Virus record (IMG/VR): IMGVR_UViG_3300046517_002304
Location: 124,001-188,000 of that record
Strand: one strand, 5' to 3'
Length of the DNA stretch: 64,000 nucleotides
The notes beneath the pieces are model-generated. The model was not told the DNA's origin and did no database searches. It worked only from the letters and a program-made list of their open reading frames with translations. The position numbers were made by a program, and so were the translations under genes. This document shows positions 1 to 10,872 of this stretch, in pieces (the first letter of the stretch is position 1; the number at the start of each line of letters is the position of its first letter).

Positions 1-564
1 GCCGACCTGTTTGCAACGCCTAAAGAAAGAATGGTCCTCTGATAATGGATGAAGAATTGAAAAAGGCTCTTCATCTAGTTCTTTCTTGATTTTATCAAAC
101 ACGCATCGCCTAACCATTAAGGCACCCGCTCCAGCAGATCCGATTTCCATAATTTCTGCATCGCCATCCCAGCCACCTACGGGTTGATAAAGATGATTTG
201 TTGGATCTTCTAAGTACAATAATGGAGAATGTGGTGGACTTTTATAAGTATAAACGCCAACGATTACGTCAACTTTATGTGAGTCCATACGATGCAATAA
301 TCTAGCACAAAGATCTGGATCAAACGCATGATCGCAGTCAGTGAAGAACAACCAATCTCCTTTAAAGTTTTTTGCTATTTCATTTCGCGCGGCGCAATGA
401 TAGCTCATTCTGGTTCTCATATAATTGACATACTCGCCTTGCCTGCAAAGCATTTCTTGATTATATTGAATTAGATTTCCCCATGAATAGCAGAAATCCT
501 CTAGAACAGCGGGTACGCCGCCCATATAAGCACAAGTTCCCAGACATTTATTTTTAAATAGCAT
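1..564 (-). CDS. GT-A (GT2-like) glycosyltransferase, 3'-truncated by window edge
   Basis: Manual translation from ATG 564: MLFKNKCLGTCAY...ARNEIAKNFKGDWLFFTDCDH (DxD)...GAGALMVRR...SEDHSFFRRC; frame open to position 1. Confidence 0.75.
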   Translation of the reverse strand, partial: MLFKNKCLGTCAYMGGVPAVLEDFCYSWGNLIQYNQEMLCRQGEYVNYMRTRMSYHCAARNEIAKNFKGDWLFFTDCDHAFDPDLCARLLHRMDSHKVDVIVGVYTYKSPPHSPLLYLEDPTNHLYQPVGGWDGDAEIMEIGSAGAGALMVRRCVFDKIKKELDEEPFSILHPLSEDHSFFRRCKQVG

Positions 565-607
565 TAATTAATTATCCTTAAATTAAAAGTAATTTCTTAC
601 TAGTGGT

Positions 608-2221
608 TTAGCGTATTTTTTTAAATTTTTCTTTTAGGTCTTCGTTAGAAACAGCGATTTCTCCGATCCAAGCTTCATATTCATCTACAAACTTTTCCCA
701 ATCAAAGTATTTTCTTGCCCAAGGCATTGACTTCTGTCTGATTGCTTCTTGCATTTGCGGATTATTTGCTAAATTCACAATAGCATGAGCATATCTTAAA
801 CGAACTAACATATCTGACATAGGATCGCCCTCAATAATTATGCCGTTAGCAATGTTAGCTTCTAAAGCCCATAAATTATTTGTAACCGGGATTGCTCCTA
901 AAGCTTGTACTTCCATGCACGAAATACACGATGTCTCCGTAAAGGTTGAACTATAGCACCAAATTCCACTCTTCGCTATTTCGCCCCAAAGGGTTGGCTG
1001 ATTAGTTCTTCCGTGAAAGTAAACGCCGCCTTGCTTTGACAAGTCAACAATTGTTTTCTTCATTGTTTCTTGAACACAAGATGGCTTACCAAATTTAAAT
1101 TCAAGTAAATCTGTGTCTAAAAACTCATCCATCGCTACGGTTTCTGTAGAAATTGCTTTTTTAGTTTTTTTCTGTTCGCCACCTATAACTTTGTTCCAGT
1201 TATCAAAACCATAATAAATATGAAGGCTTAGTTTTGGTTCGTATTCTTTCGCTCTGTTAAAAATATGAAGTAGTGCTTCCAACCCTCTGTCTGGTGAACT
1301 CATCCATATAATCCTATATGGATCTCTATTAGGCATATTGTCCACGGGAAAACTTTCATCTATAGCATCTGTCTTAATTCCATTAGAACTTAGAAAAACT
1401 CTATCAGCCATAAATGGGAAAGATGTTTTTAAATAATCCATGTGAACCGGACACAGTGCAAGAACTTTGCTTAGCTTATTAGTTCGCTCTGGCCGATAAG
1501 CGCCACCTGCTCCATCCCAATAAACAACGTCCTGTGCCACCATCCACAAAGTTTGGTTTCTTTGTTCTTTTAAATCTTTATCTGTGCTATAGGAAAGAAT
1601 GGCATCAAATCCCGCTTCTTTAACAGCGTTTAAAATTGCTGGCTGGTCGTCATAAATGATAGCGCATCCTAGCTCTTTCATTTTTTCTACTTTTCTAGTA
1701 GCAGCTTCATCCCAGCTTTTCCCGAACAAAACAACGTTAATGCTCGTATAAGGAACATTTGCTTCTTTTAACATCTTTTCATATTGTTCATTTGGCGGGA
1801 CTTCTTTTTCGCCAGCGGCGGCAATAATGTGAACTCCCTTTCCAGCGGCATAGGCATTTCTTGCCATTTGCCTAAGCTCTTCATTACATTCTAATGAACC
1901 GCCCCAGTCAAATGCTATATGGCTATGATTCGGGACTTCAATCGGCAAATTAAATTTATCCGCAGCACCAGGTGATCTGAATATAATCCACAGCCCCGGC
2001 TGAGTTAAATCTGCATTTTTATAATGGCTCCACTTTACGCCATCGTGAATTTTTGGACAATCATCCGCTACTGGAGCATAAGAAACAACATTGTGCCCTC
2101 TTTTTGCCAATCGTTTAGCTAGCTCAATTTGTGCGGTTTCAGAGCCGCCAATTCCTACAGTATCTGGATTACGAAAGTCCCAAGGTTCAAAAGCATTGCA
2201 TGCGTAGAAGAATATATTCAT
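608..2221 (-). CDS. GT-B (GT4-like) glycosyltransferase with inserted HAD-like domain
   Basis: GIGGSET N-terminal motif, SSPDRGL, ETSCISCME...GAIPVT; insertion has IAFDWGGSL...K...IIYDD. Confidence 0.75.
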   Translation of the reverse strand: MNIFFYACNAFEPWDFRNPDTVGIGGSETAQIELAKRLAKRGHNVVSYAPVADDCPKIHDGVKWSHYKNADLTQPGLWIIFRSPGAADKFNLPIEVPNHSHIAFDWGGSLECNEELRQMARNAYAAGKGVHIIAAAGEKEVPPNEQYEKMLKEANVPYTSINVVLFGKSWDEAATRKVEKMKELGCAIIYDDQPAILNAVKEAGFDAILSYSTDKDLKEQRNQTLWMVAQDVVYWDGAGGAYRPERTNKLSKVLALCPVHMDYLKTSFPFMADRVFLSSNGIKTDAIDESFPVDNMPNRDPYRIIWMSSPDRGLEALLHIFNRAKEYEPKLSLHIYYGFDNWNKVIGGEQKKTKKAISTETVAMDEFLDTDLLEFKFGKPSCVQETMKKTIVDLSKQGGVYFHGRTNQPTLWGEIAKSGIWCYSSTFTETSCISCMEVQALGAIPVTNNLWALEANIANGIIIEGDPMSDMLVRLRYAHAIVNLANNPQMQEAIRQKSMPWARKYFDWEKFVDEYEAWIGEIAVSNEDLKEKFKKIR

Positions 2222-2235
2222 GAACTAAGGTAGTT

Positions 2236-3072
2236 TTAGTTCATGAAATTTTCTCCATGAATAGACCAGAACTTTTGGCCCGGATTTATTATCTTTTCTT
2301 TTTCCATGCTTTGCTGTAAAGGATGTTTTGTAGAGATGTTTCTGCTCAAAACCTTGTCAATGAACCATTTATATTTTGCTGAATCAGGCATAGATTTTAA
2401 CTTAAGTGCCATATTTTCTATTTCGCGAATTCTTGGACTTCCATGCGGCAGGAAGTGTAGTTCGCCAGCCATTCTGTTTAATTCATTAGTATTAATGTCA
2501 TTTTCGCCTTGTTTTCCGCTTATCTGGAACGGCGACAAAACTCCCATAGAAACAACGTAGTAATTTTTATTAATAGGTAGCATAATAGGCGAAAATCCTT
2601 TATATGTCCCTTTTGTTGCATTTAAAAGTTTTTTTACTGTTTTGTGTATTAATTCTGGCGTGTTGACCAGATTACTCCAATGATCCCACATGGCAACTAT
2701 ACCTATATCGGGGTATTCATCTCGTATGTTTGATAATATTTCATTATCATTGTTGTACCTATGTTTATCTAAATACCCTATTCTGCCGAATGTTGCTCTA
2801 GTTTCATCTGGACTATTTTGCGCTAACTCTGTTTTATTATAAGTTATGGGCCTTAACACTTCCCCCCATGTCATATAACCTAATTGTTCTCGTAGCATGT
2901 CTGCATGCGTTTCTTTCCCGATACCACAAAATAGCTTATCGCCATTTTCTAGGTATATGAAAGATGTGGTGTGTGGGTCTTGATAGAAGTCCTCCGCATT
3001 AACCTTACTTAACATTTTAAGTAAACTATTTTCACTTTCCACAAACATTTTAAAGCTATTGGTTTGCCACAT
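2236..3072 (-). CDS. hypothetical protein with capsid-targeting-like N-terminus
   Basis: 278 aa; SFKMFVESE near start; TAAATA 9 nt upstream of ATG. Confidence 0.6.
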   Translation of the reverse strand: MWQTNSFKMFVESENSLLKMLSKVNAEDFYQDPHTTSFIYLENGDKLFCGIGKETHADMLREQLGYMTWGEVLRPITYNKTELAQNSPDETRATFGRIGYLDKHRYNNDNEILSNIRDEYPDIGIVAMWDHWSNLVNTPELIHKTVKKLLNATKGTYKGFSPIMLPINKNYYVVSMGVLSPFQISGKQGENDINTNELNRMAGELHFLPHGSPRIREIENMALKLKSMPDSAKYKWFIDKVLSRNISTKHPLQQSMEKEKIINPGQKFWSIHGENFMN

Positions 3073-3084
3073 AATCTACTATAT

Positions 3085-6000
3085 TTACTGCGGTCTTTCA
3101 TTTCTCTCTACAACAATTTTTTCCCCACCTAATGGCGCAGGTACAAATATCTGATCATCTAAGAACTCAGGAATATTTAGTCCGTTTTGGTAAGCGCCCC
3201 AACTCTCTGATCTTTGAACATTCCATGGTCTTCCGTATTCTGGACTATTTGGATTTAATCTGTTTTCTTCCGAGATACTATCTGGCATAAACCCTATGGG
3301 GATATTTGGCGTAGGCGCTTTAAAGAAAGATGCATTTCCTATAATATGGGCCGCACATATTGCTTTCCATGACGCCTTTATATCATTTTTTGGAATAGCA
3401 GTTATATTAGATATTGAATTAAGATTTGTGTGAATTCCTCTAATTACCGTTTCGCTAAGCACGATTGATGAGTCGCATTTAATATGGTTATTGCTTAGGC
3501 GATCTATATTGGCCATTCTAGAAGTAGCGGCTATTATAGAATTAGCCATATGGTCAGCCTTAGCTATCGCCAACTCCGACATATCTGTCCGTAAGCTAGT
3601 ATTGCTGATATGGACAACCTTCCCGTTTGATGAGACGGACGAGTTAGGTTTTAAGGAGCATGCTGAGCGATGGCTTGATTTTCCTACCACAGACAATGTA
3701 GATTGACCATTTAACGAATCGCTGGCGCGATGATCGGTTTTGGCATGTAGCGGCACGTTGACTAGACAGATTAAATTACTGTTTGTTCTATGAGAAACAC
3801 TCCCGCTTGATATAGCCGTGCTTATTATCTTTGCCGATGTTGAATTAAGGTGTAATGCTTTAGCAGATAATGCTAAATTACAGTTATTAATAGTTCTTAT
3901 AGAAGATACGTGGGCGACCTTAGTTTGAGACACAGATACGTTGATGTTATTAGAAATGCTTGATGCTGCCTTAGCAGACGCTTTGCCGTTAGCAGACATA
4001 TTTGATGATGATGATAATCGGCAGGTAGACACATGCGCTACTCTAGCATTTGCGTTAACCGATGATGCATTTTTGACTGAGCATACGGCCTTATCTGTGT
4101 TACTAACAGAAGCAGTCAAATTAGATGAATTAAGGAGACTGCTTATTGCTTTGCTTATTATGCGAGGTAGTAATCGTATCGCACTTACAACAGACATAAG
4201 GCTTGTGGAAAGGTGCAATATTTTTGCAGTTGAATTAAAATTAGTAGAACCTATGTTTAGAGCATTAGATAAGTGAGTTGTTTTAGCATTAGCGCTTACA
4301 AATGCTTGGCATGTAGCTGCATATGTTGAGCGCTCGGCATTTCTCGCATTAATTAATATAATAGAATTACTTGATGCTTGATAGCTAGAGTTATTTAATA
4401 CTCTGGATGCAGCAACAATGTTACTAATTGATAATTCTTGAACAGATGATTTGTGTAAAACTTGAGCGCCTGCGCTGATGTGTGCTACTGTGTTAAAAGA
4501 AGAGGTATTAGTCGCAAGAACCTTACTGATCGCTGATAAGTTTGAAGCAGCGCTATTTGTGGATGTTGTTAAATGACTAGCTGTTGCCGCTGCCGAGCAT
4601 GAAGATATGCCAGTAATATGAATTGTATTTTCAACATGGGCAACCTTTGATGAAGGCAACATTGCAGCAAAAGGAAGCGCGATAGCTTCAGCGATATGAG
4701 CGACCTTTGATACCGATGCGATATTTGCTACAGCCGCTAATGGCCAGTTACTTTGTTGGATAATTGTATCAAAACTAAGTGTCTTATAGTCTCTAGCTAG
4801 AAGTGTATTGTATCCATTAATACTGTCTTGATAAAGAAGCGATGTTTCTTCTGCGCCCAGCGCTCGTCCATACACTTTTACGTCGTTGAGGTATCCGCTA
4901 AAGAACGTTCCTGATTGATTATTAAAACTACCTAAAATTAACGGTTGCCCGTCGTCTGATTTATGTGATCCTGATCCAGATGCCGTGGCCGAATAAACTT
5001 GCTCAACTCCGTTATAGTAAATTTTAATACTTGTTCCAGAACTGCTTCCGCCCCATGAACATGCTACGTGTGTCCAATATCCAATTTTTGGAGATGCGCA
5101 AGTTCTAGTACAGTCTGTAGTACTATGAACAACTAAGAAGGACAAATTGCTGCCGCCAAGCTGGCAATACCATCCGGCCGTAGTGTCTTGATCTGTTTTA
5201 TAAACTATTGTTCCTGTTGATGTCGGATTAATCCAAAAACTGACAGTAAAAGGATTGATGCCTGTTAAATTACTAATTTTTCCATTGACACTAGAACTTT
5301 TGGCAGCAGTAAAATGCATGCTACCAAGTCCACCCTTATGGCTTGAGAAGCTCCATCCATCAGACCCGGACGACATGTTGGTCAGAGAACCATGATTATT
5401 TCGTCCGGTTAAATCATACCATTTTAATCCACGACTAGTCTGGGGTAATGCTAATAGCCATAGATTTAAAGATTTGGATAAACAACTTTTCCTATTGACC
5501 GCATAATTAAATCTAATATTATTAGAAGTTATCGGGAAAGCGCGATTAATATATCCGGCGTTTTGGAGGATTATGCTGCCTACTTCCAGATGTTGGATTT
5601 TAGCTACAGATGCCAGACCGACAGACGAAGCTATATGTGCAGTTGATGTTGTGACAGATGTAGATGTAGCTCTTACCAACGATGCATCTAACACTAGTGA
5701 AGTTGACTTAGTGCTATTTTTAGAACTGGCCATTAGGCTAGACGAACAAATTATAGATGATGTAATATGAGCGGATATTCGTGAATTAGCGTTTACCACA
5801 CATATAGGCGATACGTTAGATGTGGCTTTGTGAGAGACTTTGGAGATTAATGATAATAAAGAAGATGCATTTAATACGGAACTTGTGGAAGCAGTGTTTT
5901 TGTCGCTGTTGGCTCCGAAAGCCGAATTACATTTTATGCCAATGTTTGCCTTAGTATTTAAATTAGCTCTTGCCACGATACTAGAAGATAGCGATATAGA

Positions 6001-9000
6001 TTCTGTGGCGATATGACCAACGCCTGCTGAAGCATTTTGCGATGCTGTGCATGTAAAGTGAGTAATTGATCCGGTCACAGATCTCATGAAGGTACTGCAT
6101 GCTACCGCACAAGAGGCAGTATGAGATACTTTAGAATTAGATGCAAGATTTACTGATGCTACAACTATTGCTTGTTCAGAATGGGAAATTTTGCTTGAAG
6201 CACTAATCAGTGAATTACAAAGTATGTTGATGCTATCTTTGTTTAAATTTCTACCCAAACCAGCTATGCTTGAATTACAAGATAGATGATTTATAGATTC
6301 AACGTGCGCCACTTTAGCGCTAGGGTTAATATTAGAGGTACATGATGTTAAACAAGTCGCTACATGAGCCACTTTAGATGAAGAGTTAAATAATGTTTGG
6401 CATATTACGCCACATATATCTTTGTGCACGATGCCAGAATTACTGCCGATACTTGAAGTACAATTTAGATTATTCGTAGATTCAACATGAGTGGTTTTAG
6501 CGCTAGCTATAATACTTGAGTTACATGACGTTAGGCAAGTGCCTACGTGTGCTACTCTGGCGTTAGCTATAATACTTGAGTTACATAATGCCAAGCAAGT
6601 ACCTGCGTGCACTACTTTAGTGCTAGCTATAATACTTGAGCTACATAATGCTAAGCAAGTACCTACGTGCACTACTTTAGCATTGGCGGTAATATTAGAC
6701 GCACAAGTTAAGTTATTCGTAGACTCAACATGGACGACCTTGGCACTAGGATTAATATTAGAAGTGCATGATGCTAAGTAAGTGCCTACATGCGCTACTT
6801 TTGTATTGCTAACTGTTGAACTACTAGTATTTGCGATTAGTGTTGTGGCAACGTGGGCGACTTGAATATTGGTAACAATTAATATGCCGCTATTTGCCGA
6901 TATGAATATGGATTTATGAGCCACTCGGCAATTAGCGGAAACTGAAGACGAGCATATAATGTCACTATTGCCTGTAGTGGTTCCATGTACTGATGCGTTA
7001 ATATTAGAAGTACAAGTTAAGTGATTCACAGACTCAACATGCGCCACTTTGGCGCTAGCTATGATACTTGAATTACACGATATTAAGCAAGTACCTACAT
7101 GAGCAACTTTAGTACTGGCTATAATATTAGAGTTACATGATGCTAGGCAGGTACCTACATGCGCGACTCTAGAACTAGCTGTAATATTAGAACCGCATAA
7201 TACACCGACCACGCCTACATGTGCTACTCTGGCACTAGCTATAATGCTTGATGCACAAGCTAAGATACTAGTAATCTCAATATGCGTCACATTAGCATTG
7301 CCGCCAATACTTGAGCTACAAGTTATATGATTCGTAGATTCAACATGTGCAACTTTAGAATTAGCTATAATACTTGAGCTACATGACGCTAGGCAAGTGC
7401 CTACGTGTGCTATTCTGGCGTTAGCTATAATACTTGAGCTACATGATACTAAACAAGTGCCTACATGGGCAACTTTGGCGTTAGCTATAATATTAGAACC
7501 GCATAATACGCCAACTGTTCCTACATGCGCAACCCTAGAGCTAGCCACAATGCCTGAACTACAATTTAGGTTATTTGTAGACTCAATATGCGCTACTTTA
7601 GAATTAGGGATAATACTTGAAGAGCATGACAACAAGCAGGTGCCTACGTGTGCTACTTTAGCATTGGCTATAATATTAGAGCTACATGATACTACAGAAG
7701 TAGCGCCCAAAACAGCTCTTATGTTACATACACAAGATATGTTAGTAGTCGCAATATGAGCAACCTTAGCACTACCGCTGATACTTGAAGTACAATTTAG
7801 GCTATTCGTAGATTCAACGTGTGCTACTTTAGAATTAGCCGTAATGTTTGAACTACATGATATGTTGATGGCTCCTATATGAGCAGCCTTAACGCTGGCA
7901 GTAATATTAGAACTGCATGACAATAAGCAGGCGCCTACGTGTGCTACTTTGGCATTGGCTATAATATTAGAGCCGCACAATACCCCAACTGTTCCTACAT
8001 GCGCAACCTTAGCACTAGCTAGAATACTTGAAGTATTCAATATTAAACAGGTGCCTACATGTGTAACTTTGGCACTACCGCTGATACTTGAAGTACAATT
8101 TAGGCTATTCGTAGATTCAACGTGTGCTACTTTAGAATTAGCCGTAATGTTTGAGCTACATGATACTAAACAAGTGCCTACGTGTGCAACTTTAGCATTA
8201 GCTATAATATTAGAAGTACATGATATTAAGCAAGTCCCTACATGTGCAACCTTAGCACTAGCTATAATGTTAGAACTGCATGATACTAAACAAGTGCCTA
8301 CGTGTGCAACTTTAGCATTAGCTATAATATTAGAAGTACATGATATTAAGCAAGTCCCTACATGTGCAACCTTAGCACTGGCGGTAATATTAGACGCACA
8401 AGTTAAGTTATTCGTAGACTCAACATGGACGACCTTAGCGCTGGCAATAATACTTGAATTACAAACTATATGATTTACAGATTCAACATGGTCAACTCTG
8501 GCGCTGGCTATAATGTTTGAGCTACATGATATTAAGCAAGTCCCTACATGTGCAACCTTAGCATTAGCCGTAATATTAGAAGTGCAAGTTAAATGATTTG
8601 TAGATTCAACGTGCGCTACTTTAACATTAGCTATAATATTAGAAGTACAAACTATAGAGCAAACTGAATTACGGGTAATTTTCCCTGTTGCCACTATTGC
8701 GGAAGAACAAATAATTGCACATGTGTCTAAGTGAGCAACTTTTGCATTTGGACTAATATTACTAGTACACGTTATTACCCATGTACTTGGTGAGTTAACC
8801 GTGCTAAAGTTTATGTATTTGTTAGATCTGTTTAGTAATCCAGGATATGAAGTAATGCTATTTTGGTAAAGTAAACTTGCTTCGCCTCTAGACAAGGCTC
8901 GGTTATAAACTCTAATATCATCCATATAACCAGTTAAGCCTTGAACTGATTGGTTATATGATCCTATGACCAATGGCGATGTTATATCGTCAAAGTGTGT

Positions 9001-10827
9001 GCCGGTTCCATCGGATGTGTTCTGATATCCTTGTTCTGCACCATTATAATAAATGTGAATACCTGAGCCTAAACTAGAACCATTCCATGTTAATGTTATG
9101 TGCACCCAGGTGTTAACTGGAGGCACCACAGAAGACCTGGTGCAATCTGAACTGTTAAAAACGACAGATAACGATAGTCCACCAGAATTATAGCTAACAT
9201 ACCAACCACGCTGAACGTCATTATCTGTTTTATAAATAAGAGTTGTGGTCACCGATACAGAAATATACGTCCAAAAACTAACTGTGAACGCCCCAGTACT
9301 GGTAAGCGACGTAGCTGGTCCTAATATGTAAGAAGTACTAGCTCCAGTAAAATGAAAGCTACCAAAACCGCCCTTGTGGCTTGATGGCTTGAAGCCATCA
9401 ACAGCCGAACTCATGTTTGTTAAAGTACCCGAATTTCTTCTACTAGTTAAATCATATATTTTTGATGCTTTACTAGTTTGCGCTTCTGCTAGATACCATA
9501 ATACTAGTCCTTTGGATAATGGATGCTTTAAATTTATACGATTACTAAATCTTTGATTATTGGCAGACGTAGTAAAAATTTTATTTATGTTCGGAGCAAA
9601 CCCAGCAAATTGGGTGATAAAAGAAGACACTAACAAATGGGCGACTTTGGCATTGTTAACAGTAGAATTACTGCTGCATATTATGCTGGTAGTGGCTTTT
9701 GTGGCATCTCTTCCTGCCGCTACAATACTACTATTACATCTTACCCCACAAGTGGCAACATGCGTAACCCTACAATTAGGCGTCGTAATGCTAGAATTAC
9801 ACTTAACATCACAAATACCAAAAACAAAGTTCTGTAATGCAAAGTAAGGTATAAGCGAAGGCTGAGAATAAAGTTCGTCAGGATAACGCCAAAGTTCAAA
9901 AACCTGTCCTGCCGTAAAAGGTTCAGCATATAACCTAAAGTCACGTATCGGTCCTATAAAATTATGGCTTGCACTAGCTCCGCTAGTGGCAACCTGCCCG
10001 CCGATGGTAATGGCTTGATTAGCGCACGATAACACTCCGGCAGCGTTTGCGCTGGCGGAGGTACTTGTGGCAATTAACTGTCCGTTAATATAAAAGTACT
10101 GCGGCCGTGTTGCCGGAAAAGGATTAAACCGGCTTACTACGCAAGCATGAATCCATTCGCCAGGATTATCGTCAATCCTAATAACAAAGTCATTACCAGC
10201 ATAAATGTTATCGATCCAGTGTAATTCACGAGTATGAGGATCATACCAGAGGTACCATCCTTGAATGGTCGCTGGCCCACTATCATGAGGAACATGATTG
10301 CCAACAATAACATAGGTAAAACCACCGGCGACTTGGTCAGGCGGTATCATAAACCAGATAGACATTGTCCAGCCGACTGATTCTGAATTTACAATTTGCG
10401 GAATAGAGCACTGGGTAGGTACAGTAATATAATTATCGCCTGCTATCCTGTTAAACACCATGCCGAAGTAAGAGTCATATATCCACTGTCCTGTTAGATG
10501 ACCTGTTAGTGCGCCGTTAAAGTGGTTTGGTCCTACGTCCCTAACTGGATAGAAACCAGATCCTCCCGTACCATTTGAATCTCCAGAACCATCATTCAAC
10601 GGCATAGCCAACACAAGTGTTGGCGTATACTGCGAGCTACCTTCGTTAATGCCAGGACACCAGAGTCCTCCCCATTCTGTATTTGTAATACATGGACGAA
10701 CGTCAGGTACTGAGCCAGAGAATGACTGGATAGAAACTAGGCTACCGTCGATAGAATATGATAACGTTGGATCTACATCGCTGAATGTAGGTAGCTTTCT
10801 TATTGTAGCTAACGGAGTTATCACCAT
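3085..10827 (-). CDS. giant fibre/adhesin-like virion protein with three LamG/ConA-like domains and His/Cys repeats
   Basis: 2580 aa; three LamG signatures (WTMSIWF..WIHACV..YING..IRDFRLY; FTVSFW..WVHIT..YYNG..MDDIRVYNRALS; FTVSFW..WTHVA..YYNG..LNDVKVYGRAL) separated by S/T/A-rich repeats. Confidence 0.8.
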   Translation of the reverse strand: MVITPLATIRKLPTFSDVDPTLSYSIDGSLVSIQSFSGSVPDVRPCITNTEWGGLWCPGINEGSSQYTPTLVLAMPLNDGSGDSNGTGGSGFYPVRDVGPNHFNGALTGHLTGQWIYDSYFGMVFNRIAGDNYITVPTQCSIPQIVNSESVGWTMSIWFMIPPDQVAGGFTYVIVGNHVPHDSGPATIQGWYLWYDPHTRELHWIDNIYAGNDFVIRIDDNPGEWIHACVVSRFNPFPATRPQYFYINGQLIATSTSASANAAGVLSCANQAITIGGQVATSGASASHNFIGPIRDFRLYAEPFTAGQVFELWRYPDELYSQPSLIPYFALQNFVFGICDVKCNSSITTPNCRVTHVATCGVRCNSSIVAAGRDATKATTSIICSSNSTVNNAKVAHLLVSSFITQFAGFAPNINKIFTTSANNQRFSNRINLKHPLSKGLVLWYLAEAQTSKASKIYDLTSRRNSGTLTNMSSAVDGFKPSSHKGGFGSFHFTGASTSYILGPATSLTSTGAFTVSFWTYISVSVTTTLIYKTDNDVQRGWYVSYNSGGLSLSVVFNSSDCTRSSVVPPVNTWVHITLTWNGSSLGSGIHIYYNGAEQGYQNTSDGTGTHFDDITSPLVIGSYNQSVQGLTGYMDDIRVYNRALSRGEASLLYQNSITSYPGLLNRSNKYINFSTVNSPSTWVITCTSNISPNAKVAHLDTCAIICSSAIVATGKITRNSVCSIVCTSNIIANVKVAHVESTNHLTCTSNITANAKVAHVGTCLISCSSNIIASARVDHVESVNHIVCNSSIIASAKVVHVESTNNLTCASNITASAKVAHVGTCLISCTSNIIANAKVAHVGTCLVSCSSNIIASAKVAHVGTCLISCTSNIIANAKVAHVGTCLVSCSSNITANSKVAHVESTNSLNCTSSISGSAKVTHVGTCLILNTSSILASAKVAHVGTVGVLCGSNIIANAKVAHVGACLLSCSSNITASVKAAHIGAINISCSSNITANSKVAHVESTNSLNCTSSISGSAKVAHIATTNISCVCNIRAVLGATSVVSCSSNIIANAKVAHVGTCLLSCSSSIIPNSKVAHIESTNNLNCSSGIVASSRVAHVGTVGVLCGSNIIANAKVAHVGTCLVSCSSSIIANARIAHVGTCLASCSSSIIANSKVAHVESTNHITCSSSIGGNANVTHIEITSILACASSIIASARVAHVGVVGVLCGSNITASSRVAHVGTCLASCNSNIIASTKVAHVGTCLISCNSSIIASAKVAHVESVNHLTCTSNINASVHGTTTGNSDIICSSSVSANCRVAHKSIFISANSGILIVTNIQVAHVATTLIANTSSSTVSNTKVAHVGTYLASCTSNINPSAKVVHVESTNNLTCASNITANAKVVHVGTCLALCSSSIIASTKVVHAGTCLALCNSSIIANARVAHVGTCLTSCNSSIIASAKTTHVESTNNLNCTSSIGSNSGIVHKDICGVICQTLFNSSSKVAHVATCLTSCTSNINPSAKVAHVESINHLSCNSSIAGLGRNLNKDSINILCNSLISASSKISHSEQAIVVASVNLASNSKVSHTASCAVACSTFMRSVTGSITHFTCTASQNASAGVGHIATESISLSSSIVARANLNTKANIGIKCNSAFGANSDKNTASTSSVLNASSLLSLISKVSHKATSNVSPICVVNANSRISAHITSSIICSSSLMASSKNSTKSTSLVLDASLVRATSTSVTTSTAHIASSVGLASVAKIQHLEVGSIILQNAGYINRAFPITSNNIRFNYAVNRKSCLSKSLNLWLLALPQTSRGLKWYDLTGRNNHGSLTNMSSGSDGWSFSSHKGGLGSMHFTAAKSSSVNGKISNLTGINPFTVSFWINPTSTGTIVYKTDQDTTAGWYCQLGGSNLSFLVVHSTTDCTRTCASPKIGYWTHVACSWGGSSSGTSIKIYYNGVEQVYSATASGSGSHKSDDGQPLILGSFNNQSGTFFSGYLNDVKVYGRALGAEETSLLYQDSINGYNTLLARDYKTLSFDTIIQQSNWPLAAVANIASVSKVAHIAEAIALPFAAMLPSSKVAHVENTIHITGISSCSAAATASHLTTSTNSAASNLSAISKVLATNTSSFNTVAHISAGAQVLHKSSVQELSISNIVAASRVLNNSSYQASSNSIILINARNAERSTYAATCQAFVSANAKTTHLSNALNIGSTNFNSTAKILHLSTSLMSVVSAIRLLPRIISKAISSLLNSSNLTASVSNTDKAVCSVKNASSVNANARVAHVSTCRLSSSSNMSANGKASAKAASSISNNINVSVSQTKVAHVSSIRTINNCNLALSAKALHLNSTSAKIISTAISSGSVSHRTNSNLICLVNVPLHAKTDHRASDSLNGQSTLSVVGKSSHRSACSLKPNSSVSSNGKVVHISNTSLRTDMSELAIAKADHMANSIIAATSRMANIDRLSNNHIKCDSSIVLSETVIRGIHTNLNSISNITAIPKNDIKASWKAICAAHIIGNASFFKAPTPNIPIGFMPDSISEENRLNPNSPEYGRPWNVQRSESWGAYQNGLNIPEFLDDQIFVPAPLGGEKIVVERNERPQ
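5900..8760 (-). repeat. coding tandem repeat, 60/63-bp units (AKVAHVGTCLISCSSNIIAS / SKVAHVESTNNLTCASNITAS)
   Basis: 8161-8259 is identical to 8281-8379 (120-bp higher-order duplication); ~7770-7850 recurs at ~8072-8150; degenerate copies extend to ~3350; boundaries approximate. Confidence 0.9.
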
Positions 10828-10831
10828 ATAC

Positions 10832-10837
10832 TATTTA
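10832..10837 (-). promoter_or_regulatory. T4-like late promoter element TAAATA, 4 nt before ATG
   Basis: CATAAATAGTATATG, identical 15-mer to that at 29759-29773. Confidence 0.65.
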
Positions 10838-10872
10838 TGGTGAATTTAGATAATGAAGAAAATTATCAAATA

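Noticed and set aside
5900-8760. Possible CRISPR array or DGR template/variable repeats
   Set aside because: Repeats are contiguous, in-frame and vary at synonymous sites; no spacers, no adenine-specific pattern noticed, no cas or RT gene in the window
3491-10843. Many plus-strand ORFs with repeats (e.g. 7949-8473)
   Set aside because: Antisense shadows of the repetitive fibre gene
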